Source: Verrucomicrobiales bacterium
GTDB lineage: Bacteria; Verrucomicrobiota; Verrucomicrobiia; Verrucomicrobiales; SLCJ01
Length of the DNA: 64,000 bases
Direction: 5' to 3'
Assembly (NCBI GenBank): GCA_046075565.1
Contig: JBJTQJ010000004.1
Span: 18,509 to 82,508, forward strand
The notes under the pieces were generated by a model that was not told the DNA's origin, did no database searches, and saw only the letters and a list, made by a program, of their open reading frames with translations. The position numbers were made by a program, and so were the translations under genes. Below are positions 48,724 through 57,037 of the stretch, one piece after another; position 1 is the first letter of the stretch, and each line of letters opens with the position of its first letter.

Positions 48724-50253
48724 TCAAGGAGGAGCGGGCGGTAACTCGATCAGGCGCAGCGGTGGTTGGTGGGTTCCAACTTTCCCCGAAGGGCGATCCC
48801 AGATGATTTTCCCGTCACGGAAGAGGGTCTGATAAAAGTCCCGGCGCCGGGCGAAATCGTCCGCTTTCGAGGCCTTCGCTTTGTTATCGCCGAGGTAAAC
48901 ATCATACTCATCCCCGGACAACGCGATGTGGGTGAATCCTCGCGCGCGTGCCTCGGCCGGGCTGCTCACCAACGATGACACCAATTTGCAAGTGTCGAGG
49001 CGGATGTGCCCGGGCAATTGAATGTGCCAGGCATCGGCATACTGACCTGAGGAATCGGGCAAGGTGACTTTCCTGCCCTGCAGGACATGGGATCCGGGTG
49101 GCAGGTTTTCTGAAATCCAAACGAGCATTTCCTTGCGGGCATCGGATTGAAATCCCCGGAAATAATCCCAGCAACGGGCGACACTACCGCCGAGGACAAT
49201 CAGCGTGCAAGTTAAGGCGACGCGGGTTTGGACTTTCGTGGACTTTGCCAAATTGCAAAGCGCACTCACACCCAAGGTGGATGCCGCCACCAGACCCAGA
49301 GTGCCCGGCATGAAATACCGGCCGGAGTCTTTCGCGGAAAACGCCAGCATGAGGGCCAGCGCCCAAGGAGAGAGAACGAGTAGGACAATGGTCGATGAAA
49401 GTTCCCGACGTTGTTTCCAGGTTGTCCACCAGCCCAATGCCACAAATGGCAGCAGATGGACCGAACGATTCAACAGGCGCTCGAAGAATCCACCGTGAGG
49501 CAAGGATTTGGTGACACTTCCCTGACCTTCGAGAACAAGTGTCGTCTCTTTGCCTAGTGACGCCCTGAATGTGGCAGGATCCAACCACAGCCGATGATTG
49601 ATGGCGGCGAGGAGGACAAGGAAAACCACCACGGCGGGTAGATAAAATTCTTTCGAGGGTGAAAATGCGGCCTCATTACTCCGTTGGCGAGCGGTGACGA
49701 ATAAGATCCATGCGGCGGGAATGACCATGATAATTCCCACATATTTGGCTGAAGCCGCGATGGCAACGGCCGCGCCGAGAGCCATACAACTCCAGCGATC
49801 CGGTCGTTTCTCGACGAAAGCCATGGCGGCGAACACGGCGGCCCATCCGAACATCAAAGATGGGTCCTCTTTGAAAAAGCGGGCGTATTCTTGCACGTCG
49901 GGTTGGAGAAGCAACAACACGCCGGCCAGCATAGCCTCCGGCCAAGGGCGGAATCTTGACCAAGTCAGCACAAGCAAGGCGGCCGCCGAAGCGCAGAACA
50001 GGGCTGAAAGCAGACGACCGGTCTCCGTCACCGATTGCGATTCCAACGGACGCCCGAGCACCCGCACCAGGACATTCGCCGACTCCAGCATGAGAGGGGG
50101 ATGATGCAGATTGCGGGATCCTTCGATGATCTGCCGCGACTTGCCCGGCTCGTCCGTGTGGTAGAAATAGGGAAAATCCGACCACAATGAAAGGACCGCC
50201 GTGCCTGCGATCAGGAGCAGGAGGAGGCTGAAGAACTTCAGATGGCGGGACAT
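48724..50253 (-). CDS. GT-C (PMT_2/ArnT-like) membrane glycosyltransferase
   Basis: YHTDEP, HHPP, ARFFKED, ASAKY, multiple TM helices. Confidence 0.75.
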   Translation of the reverse strand: MSRHLKFFSLLLLLIAGTAVLSLWSDFPYFYHTDEPGKSRQIIEGSRNLHHPPLMLESANVLVRVLGRPLESQSVTETGRLLSALFCASAAALLVLTWSRFRPWPEAMLAGVLLLLQPDVQEYARFFKEDPSLMFGWAAVFAAMAFVEKRPDRWSCMALGAAVAIAASAKYVGIIMVIPAAWILFVTARQRSNEAAFSPSKEFYLPAVVVFLVLLAAINHRLWLDPATFRASLGKETTLVLEGQGSVTKSLPHGGFFERLLNRSVHLLPFVALGWWTTWKQRRELSSTIVLLVLSPWALALMLAFSAKDSGRYFMPGTLGLVAASTLGVSALCNLAKSTKVQTRVALTCTLIVLGGSVARCWDYFRGFQSDARKEMLVWISENLPPGSHVLQGRKVTLPDSSGQYADAWHIQLPGHIRLDTCKLVSSLVSSPAEARARGFTHIALSGDEYDVYLGDNKAKASKADDFARRRDFYQTLFRDGKIIWDRPSGKVGTHQPPLRLIELPPAPP

Positions 50254-50294
50254 TAGGACAAACTTGCCCTTGAGCAGGCGGCTCGTCCACGGGG

Positions 50295-50332
50295 AAAAAA
50301 GAAAACGACCGCGATGGAGGCCATCGCGGTCG
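50295..50332 (-). terminator. Rho-independent terminator of the Cys-rich repeat gene
   Basis: 12-bp perfect stem CGACCGCGATGG/CCATCGCGGTCG followed by a U-rich tract on the minus strand. Confidence 0.85.
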
Positions 50333-50361
50333 CTTGGGTCGGCGTAAAACCGATGTTCAGA

Positions 50362-51021
50362 TTAGGCAGCGAGAAGCTCTCCGCCTTCGCCTTCTTCGCC
50401 TTCTTTCTTCTTGTCCTTGCAACCGTCTTTGCAGTTGTCGGCGATCAGGGTGCCTTCGCCTTCGGCTTCTTCACCTTCTTTTTTCTTGTCCTTGCAACCG
50501 TCTTTGCAGCTACCAGCGACGAGCGTGCCTTCACCTTCTTCGCCTTCCTTCTTCTTGCCGGGGCATTCTTTTTTGCAGTCGCCTTCGGCAATCAGGGTGC
50601 CTTCGCCTTCGGCTTCTTCACCTTCTTTTTTCTTGTCCTTGCAACCGTCTTTGCAGCTGCCAGCGATGAGGGCGGTTTCGCCTTCTTTCTTTTCGCCTTC
50701 ACCTTCTTCACCCTCTTTTTTCTTGTCCTTGCACTTGCCGCAATCGGCGATCAAGGTGCCTTCACCTTCTTCTTCGCCTTCTTTCTTCTTGCCGGGGCAT
50801 TCTTTTTTGCAGTCGCCTTCGGCAATCAGGGCGCCTTCTTTTTTCTCCGCGCACTTGCACTCGGTGCACTTGCAGGGTTCACACTTGCAGGCGGCCAGCG
50901 TGGGTTCTTCCTTGTCTTTCTTCTTGCTCGGACATTCTTTTTCGCAGTCCGCAGCAATGCAGGTTCCCCCCGCGATGGCGAGCGCGCCGAGCAGGGACAG
51001 CAGGTTGGTGAATAATTTCAT
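50362..51021 (-). CDS. Secreted Cys/Lys/Glu-rich tandem-repeat protein (219 aa)
   Basis: Signal peptide MKLFTNLLSLLGALAIA, 8 Cys-containing units, own terminator; repeat-length variation keeps the frame. Confidence 0.85.
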   Translation of the reverse strand: MKLFTNLLSLLGALAIAGGTCIAADCEKECPSKKKDKEEPTLAACKCEPCKCTECKCAEKKEGALIAEGDCKKECPGKKKEGEEEGEGTLIADCGKCKDKKKEGEEGEGEKKEGETALIAGSCKDGCKDKKKEGEEAEGEGTLIAEGDCKKECPGKKKEGEEGEGTLVAGSCKDGCKDKKKEGEEAEGEGTLIADNCKDGCKDKKKEGEEGEGGELLAA

Positions 51022-51212
51022 TGGATGGTTTTGGGTGGTGGTTTGATTGATTTCAAATGTGGCCGGCCTATGCCGCCCGACTAAGACTCTAACGCTAACC
51101 GGGGCAAAAAGACTCCAAAAAAATTGCGCCGCCCGCATTTTTTCTCCCTTTCCGGCGCATTTTGGCCATTTTTCCGCAAGAAATGGGGGAATGGAGGGGT
51201 ATCGACCGGGAT

Positions 51213-52496
51213 ATGGCCCAATCTTCCCAGCCTATTGCCCGTCTCCACCGCCGTCGTTTTTTGGGGGCTGCCGTCTCCGCGCTCGGGCTGGTGCCCATGG
51301 CCTGGGTCAGGGGGCAAAGTTCTTCCCCGAATGACGAAATCACCATGGGTATCATCGGCACGGGAGGCATGGGCACGGGGAATATGAATAGCTTCCTCAA
51401 TATCCCCGGGGTCCGCGTGGTGGCTGTCTGCGATGTGGACAAAGACCGGGTGGCGGCCGCCAAAGCGAAAGTGGATGCGAAATACAAGAACTAGGATTGC
51501 CAGGCTTTCGGAAACTACAAGGACCTTCTTGCCGTCACCGGACCTGATGTGGTTTGCCTCAGCTTGCCCGATCACCAGCACGCCGAGGTTGGCATCGCCG
51601 CCGCGAACGCCGGCATGGACATCTATGGTGAGAAACCATTTACCTGGGGGCTGGCCGAAGGCCGCGAATTGGTAAAGGCGGTCCAGAAAAATAAACGAAT
51701 CTGGCAGACCGGTTGCTGGCAGCGCTCCACGGGCGAGTTCCGCCGTTTCCGCGCCCTCATCCAGAATGATGCCCTCGGCAAGCTTTCGCGTTTTGAATGC
51801 GGCACCCCCAAGGGCATGAGCATCAAAAAGCACGTGCCCGATGATCAGGTCGCCGGGCTCATTGGCAAGTCGCCGGAAAACCTCGACTGGGCGGGCTGGT
51901 GCGGTCCGGTCAAGAATTTCCCCTACCATCCGCTGCTGCACCCTTGGAACTGGCGTTGGCACAACACCTTCGGCGGCGGCCAATTGCTCGACTGGGTCGG
52001 CCATCATGTGGACATCGCGCTCTGGACGCTCAAACTCGATGGTACCGGACCCGTGAAGGTCGAAGGAACCGGCAAAAAATCGACCCATGACTTTTTCGAC
52101 GTTTACACCGATTACGAATACAAGGGCACCTTCGAGGACGGACGCGTTGTTGAAGTGCGCAGCAATTTCATGGGCACGAAGTTTACCGGCGAAAACGGAT
52201 GGATTCATGCGGATCGTGGGTCCATCAAGGCTTCCGACCCGGAATTGTTGCGCCGCCTTCCCGAGGGCTACGACCCGAAAATCACAAATCACCACCAGGA
52301 TTTCATCAACTGCATCCGCTCGCGTCAGACCACGACGGCCCCCGAAGAAGCGGCCCACCGCTCCGCCTCCTTCGGCATGCTCGGCATCGTCGCCATCGAT
52401 AGCGGGGCTCCTTTGAAATGGGATCCGACGTCGGAAAAGGTAATAGACAATTCGGAGCAGGCCGCCCACCCGCGGCTTGGCTCAAGGCTCGGGTGA
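51213..52496 (+). pseudogene. Tat-exported Gfo/Idh/MocA oxidoreductase with one in-frame TAG (51492)
   Basis: HRRRFLG, GIIGTGGMG, KYKN*DCQAFGNY continuing in frame to PDHQH...YGEKP. Confidence 0.8.
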
Positions 52497-52639
52497 GGGT
52501 TCATGGAGATGTCCGGATAGGACCCGTGTCCCGCTTTCGACAGACCCGCGTTTTAGAAATCCCCGCTTTGGGCCCGCATTTGCTGGACCTTCTCAGTTGC
52601 TCCGACTAAGCTCGAACTCTAATTCCCATTTCCCCGACC

Positions 52640-54130
52640 ATGCCTGCCCGCCAATCTCTTTTTCGGCTGCTCCTCGTCTTGGCCGCCTCCTTTTCCGCCT
52701 GTCCCATCGCCACCGCCGAGGATTCGTCCACAGCCAAGCCGAATATCGTCGTCATCCTTGCCGATGACGTGGGCTGGGGAGATCCGAGTTGTTATGGCGC
52801 GAGCAAATTCACGACCCCGAACCTCGACCGTTTGGCCCGCGATGGACAAAGGTTCTTGGATGGACATGCCTCGGCCGCCGTCTGCACTCCGACCCGGTAT
52901 TCCATGCTCACCGGCCAGTATTCCTGGAGGAGGGATGTTTCGGGACTCAACAAAGGCGTGGCTCAAGGTGCAGCACCATTGCTGATCCCGACGGATATGC
53001 CAACTGCTCCCGGCCTCCTGAAAGCCGATGGTTATCGGACGGCGGTCATTGGCAAATGGCATCTCGGTTTCGGGAAAACGAAACCCGATTACAATGCCGA
53101 GCTCCGCCCCGGTCCGCTGGAAATCGGCTTCCACGAATATTTCGGCTTCCCCGCCACCAACGACCGCATTCCCACGGTTTTGATCCGCGACCACAAGGTC
53201 GTCGGTCTCGATCCCTCGGATCCGATCGAATACACTTACAAAAAAGAAGAAGCCACGGCGAAGGGTTTGACGCAGTTCGCTGCCGGACGTAATCGCATCG
53301 GCTATGCCAAAGGCGGCGAGTCTGCGTGGTGGAAGGACACCGAACTCGCCGACACCTTCACCCGCGAATCCGTGAAATTCATCGAACGGAACAAGGACAA
53401 AAATTTTTTCCTGCTTTTCACTCCCCACGACGTGCATGCTCCGGTCATTCCGCATCCGCGTTTTGTCGGCAAGAGTGGCGTGAGCATGCGCGCGGACATG
53501 CTCATGGAGCTTGATTGGTCGGTGGGGCAGATTCTCGACACGCTGGATAAACATGGATTGGCCAAGAACACGCTGGTGATTTTCAGCAGCGACAATGGCG
53601 CTTACGTGAAGAAGGAGCCGGGTCACCTGCCCAACGGCCCCTACAGCGGGGAGAAATCCCAGCTCTGGGAAGGCGGTCATCGTGTGCCATTCATCTGCCG
53701 CTGGCCGGCTCGCCTCACGCCCGGTGTTTCGGACAAGCTTGTTTCGACGCTCGACATTCCGGCCACGATTTGCGCAGCCGCCGGGTTGGACATCCCCGCC
53801 CAAGCGCTGCCGGATAGTTTCAACCTTTTGCCCGGCATGCTCGGAGAGAAGAACGCACCTGAACGCGAGCACCTTGTCGTCATGAGCGGCAACGGACATC
53901 TCGCGCTCCGCAGCGCGAACCTCAAATACATGCCCGATCTCGCCTTTGCCGATGGCTGGAAAGGCGGCGGCCAGAAAAAACCAGGAGCCAAACCGCGACC
54001 CGCATTGTTCGATCTTTCCAAGGACCCGGGAGAAAAGGAAAATCTGTTTGGTCAACGCGCCGAACTTGCCGGGCAACTTGCCAAAACCCTCGCTGCCATT
54101 CAGTCAGCGACCAAGACGCGGCCGGAATAG
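52640..54130 (+). CDS. Arylsulfatase-family (formylglycine-dependent) sulfatase
   Basis: KPNIVVILADDVG, CTPTR motif, IGKWHLG, SSDNG, signal peptide. Confidence 0.95.
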   Translation: MPARQSLFRLLLVLAASFSACPIATAEDSSTAKPNIVVILADDVGWGDPSCYGASKFTTPNLDRLARDGQRFLDGHASAAVCTPTRYSMLTGQYSWRRDVSGLNKGVAQGAAPLLIPTDMPTAPGLLKADGYRTAVIGKWHLGFGKTKPDYNAELRPGPLEIGFHEYFGFPATNDRIPTVLIRDHKVVGLDPSDPIEYTYKKEEATAKGLTQFAAGRNRIGYAKGGESAWWKDTELADTFTRESVKFIERNKDKNFFLLFTPHDVHAPVIPHPRFVGKSGVSMRADMLMELDWSVGQILDTLDKHGLAKNTLVIFSSDNGAYVKKEPGHLPNGPYSGEKSQLWEGGHRVPFICRWPARLTPGVSDKLVSTLDIPATICAAAGLDIPAQALPDSFNLLPGMLGEKNAPEREHLVVMSGNGHLALRSANLKYMPDLAFADGWKGGGQKKPGAKPRPALFDLSKDPGEKENLFGQRAELAGQLAKTLAAIQSATKTRPE

Positions 54131-54178
54131 AAGAACTTTGCAAAAAGCCATCAACCACGGCACGATTCCTCGGCCTTC

Positions 54179-54481
54179 TCACATCATCGAGAAAAGCACT
54201 TTCAGGATCACAAACGCGGCAATGACGAAGATGACGAGGAAGATAATGGGAAAAAGCGCGCGGAGGATCCTAGCGCCCGGAAAAACCGAGTCCATCAATT
54301 GATCTCCCGATGCGCGGGCTTTGTCCAGCGCTGCGGCGATGTCTTCCGGCCGCATCGGCTCGGCCGCGGCCGCAGGAAGCAATTGCTCGGTGTGGCAATA
54401 GGGGTATTTGACGACGTTTCCGCTTGCGGGGCGTTCGAGCCCGGCACCGCAGCCCTGGCACTTCAGGATGGTAGTTTCCAT
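54179..54481 (-). CDS. Small zinc-ribbon-like membrane protein
   Basis: CQGCG...KYPYC plus a C-terminal TM helix; abuts the ROK gene. Confidence 0.6.
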   Translation of the reverse strand: METTILKCQGCGAGLERPASGNVVKYPYCHTEQLLPAAAAEPMRPEDIAAALDKARASGDQLMDSVFPGARILRALFPIIFLVIFVIAAFVILKVLFSMM

Positions 54482-54536
54482 GGAGCGGTGTTCGGGGGAT
54501 TTTGTTTTTGCGGACGAGATAACATCCGGCTTCTGT

Positions 54537-55568
54537 TCAAGCGCGGTAGAGCGCGACCAGCGCCGCGCCGATCGCTTGGGAAAGTTCTCCGAGGGAGGCC
54601 GGAATCACGCGCAGTTGTTTCCTCTGAGTCGGCCAAAGGTAGGTGCGGGCGGTTTCGGTGAGGATGCCCAGATAACGGGCCCGGAAGGCTTCGGTCGTCG
54701 AATGGGGGTCCATGAGACCGCCGCCAATCACATAAGTCTCCGGGTCCACGGCCATGGCGAGATTGGCCACGAGAAGTCCCATGGCTTTTGCCTGGAGATC
54801 GAAGAGTTCGAGCGCGAGTGGATCCTCCTTTTGTGCGAGGCCGCGCAGGGAGAGGGCCTTTTCTTTTGGCGTGCCCGTGGCCGTGGCCAACGGATGATCG
54901 GGATAACGAGGAAGCGCCGCTTCGAGCAGATAGGGCAAACCCGCGAGACTGGTATAAACCTCGTAGCACCCCCAGGCTCGGCCACATCCGCAGGGATACG
55001 CTGGCACTCCCAGCAAATGCAACGGCGCGGCAAGGTGGCCGACTTCCATTCCCGCCAACGTATCGCCATCTAGCGGCAGTCCGTTGCCATCGACAAAGGC
55101 ACCGCCCAATCCCGATCCCGGAGCGAGCATGACAACCGCTCCTCGACCTTCTCCACGAGCCCGGGCGGCTTCGGCGACGCCACCAAAGTTCCCGTCGTTC
55201 CCGAGTGCGAGCGGAAGATACCGGCCACTGGCTTTGAGCAAAGCCGCCCCCAAATCCTCCTCGACATTCCACCCTCCGAAATTGGCGGGCAGATTCGGGG
55301 AAACATCCAGCACGCCGTAGCTTCGCCTCGGCCCGGGAACCGCCAGGCCGACGCCTCCGACCATGTCCCAGTGGATGTCGTTTGATTGCAAAAACTCGCC
55401 GATAAGGTTCATCCACGCTTCAATCACTCCAGACGGACCTGCTGCCGAGTTGGTGGACCGCTGCAGCAGATCCATCGAGACGAAGGAACCGTCGCCACGG
55501 ACCGCCGCTACCTTCGAGGTGGTCGCTCCGCTATCAATGCCAATAAAGATTTTTCCGCTCGCGATCAT
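54537..55568 (-). CDS. ROK family sugar kinase
   Basis: IGIDSGAT, GLAVPGP, NDGN, GSGLGG, EVGH, CGCG...GC.E. Confidence 0.9.
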   Translation of the reverse strand: MIASGKIFIGIDSGATTSKVAAVRGDGSFVSMDLLQRSTNSAAGPSGVIEAWMNLIGEFLQSNDIHWDMVGGVGLAVPGPRRSYGVLDVSPNLPANFGGWNVEEDLGAALLKASGRYLPLALGNDGNFGGVAEAARARGEGRGAVVMLAPGSGLGGAFVDGNGLPLDGDTLAGMEVGHLAAPLHLLGVPAYPCGCGRAWGCYEVYTSLAGLPYLLEAALPRYPDHPLATATGTPKEKALSLRGLAQKEDPLALELFDLQAKAMGLLVANLAMAVDPETYVIGGGLMDPHSTTEAFRARYLGILTETARTYLWPTQRKQLRVIPASLGELSQAIGAALVALYRA

Positions 55569-55715
55569 GGTGTTATTGAATGGGCTGGGGTCGTTTCTCC
55601 CGAACATAGGCGGGTGGCTCGGACCACGCTAGGAAAATCGATCCGTCGCCAAAACCGGCTCTTTCCCAAGGTGGGAGAAGATGTCCGGGCAAGGCTCAAT
55701 CACCATGCTTTGCCT

Positions 55716-56171
55716 TCACTTCACCGGGCAAACCCCGTCCTCGCATGCTGGCATTTCCATATGGTGCAGGGTCTCGCGCACTTCCTTGTCCTTGCTGCTG
55801 AAGAATACCTTGCTAAGCGAATGACGGTTGGCGGCGAGAATGCGGCAGGCCCTGACGGCTACCGGCAGCAGGGCGGGACCGGCCAATCGGCGGGCCGCGC
55901 CCTGATGGTTAGCACAACTCAGCAAACACATGACCCACGCCTCGGCTCCGCGGAAAACCTCCACGCGGTCCGTCCGGACGACCATCTCACGGGCCGGATC
56001 GAGTGTGCCAATCCCGGGAAAGATGCGCTCCGCCCGATCCGATTGGTAGGGAACAAAATCAACCCCGAAGGCGCGGGGTTGGCGGTTGATCCACTCGTGG
56101 AACGTGCAACACATCCCGCAGCGCCCGTCGTAGAATACCTCGATGCGTCTGACTTCCTCCGGTAATTTTAT
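55716..56171 (-). CDS. DUF393/DCC1-like thiol-disulfide oxidoreductase
   Basis: The frame extends upstream of 56114 to give IEVFYDGRCGMC; ATA at 56171 follows AAGGAGG by 7 nt. Confidence 0.75.
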   Translation of the reverse strand: MKLPEEVRRIEVFYDGRCGMCCTFHEWINRQPRAFGVDFVPYQSDRAERIFPGIGTLDPAREMVVRTDRVEVFRGAEAWVMCLLSCANHQGAARRLAGPALLPVAVRACRILAANRHSLSKVFFSSKDKEVRETLHHMEMPACEDGVCPVK

Positions 56172-56389
56172 AGGGAAACCTCCTTCTGTATTTCACTAAT
56201 TACTGAAAATTCCGAATACGCAAGAAATATTTTCGTAATGCGGTGAAAATTCTCCTATTGAGTGGCTCTCGGTGGCTACCGCAGGCAAGCCTTCCTTGAG
56301 CAAGCAGAGATTCGGGATCTGGTTCGGAGCGTTCGGAGCATAAAGGGACGGACACTTTGACGAACTGATAAGAACGCCTTTAATAATGG

Positions 56390-56815
56390 GTGGGGCATGA
56401 AAGCCTATGTAGGCCACGGTCTGTTGGAATCTCTGAAAAGCGAATAAAAGACAAATATCCAAGCAAGAACAGGCGGTTGATTGCGTCCGTTTCGATCTCA
56501 GTTCTCATGATTTATCTGCTGCTCCCTTTCTTCTCGGGTGTATTCGCTTGGACCTCCGACCCTTATGGGCCAAAGATTTTCTTGGACGCACACCATTACT
56601 TGCTTCATCGGGCAGGGCAATTTGCTGCCGGGCGCCCACTGACCGGCCAGTCGTCTTATTTCTTGCACAAGTCGGCTCCATGGTTTTATGGAATCGAAAC
56701 AGAGATTTCAGACGAAGAAGTCAGACGGCGTGCGAAAGAGGCGCAGGAGCGTGCTGAAGCTGCCTTAAGTCGGCTCAGAGAAGCCCAGGGGAGTAGTGAA
56801 GAAAATGGACAATGA
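56390..56815 (+). CDS. Hypothetical membrane protein in an AT-richer segment
   Basis: One TM helix and a charged C-terminal helix; start uncertain. Confidence 0.35.
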   Translation: MGHESLCRPRSVGISEKRIKDKYPSKNRRLIASVSISVLMIYLLLPFFSGVFAWTSDPYGPKIFLDAHHYLLHRAGQFAAGRPLTGQSSYFLHKSAPWFYGIETEISDEEVRRRAKEAQERAEAALSRLREAQGSSEENGQ

Positions 56816-57037
56816 CCGCCCACGAAACCTGGAACTGAAAGGGACGAACTGCTCGATGGAGAGCGACGCATGGAGTGCCATCTTCCCCGCATCTTCTGCA
56901 ACCACAGGATTGTGGTTGCTCCGAACATTCGCGTGGTGACTGTCGCAGGTGGAAGCCGCAACCGGCCGGAGAAAACCAGGATCTCGAAAACTCCCGACGA
57001 ACCCGCTCGGAAGATCTCGCGTTTCTGCGCGGGGCCC

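Noticed and set aside
50362-50960. CRISPR array
   Set aside because: The repeats are in-frame coding units with no unique spacers, and no cas genes are present.
50314-51046. Plus-strand Phe-rich and Ser-rich ORFs over the repeat gene
   Set aside because: Antisense shadows of GAA/AAG repeats. The minus-strand ORF has the signal peptide and the terminator.
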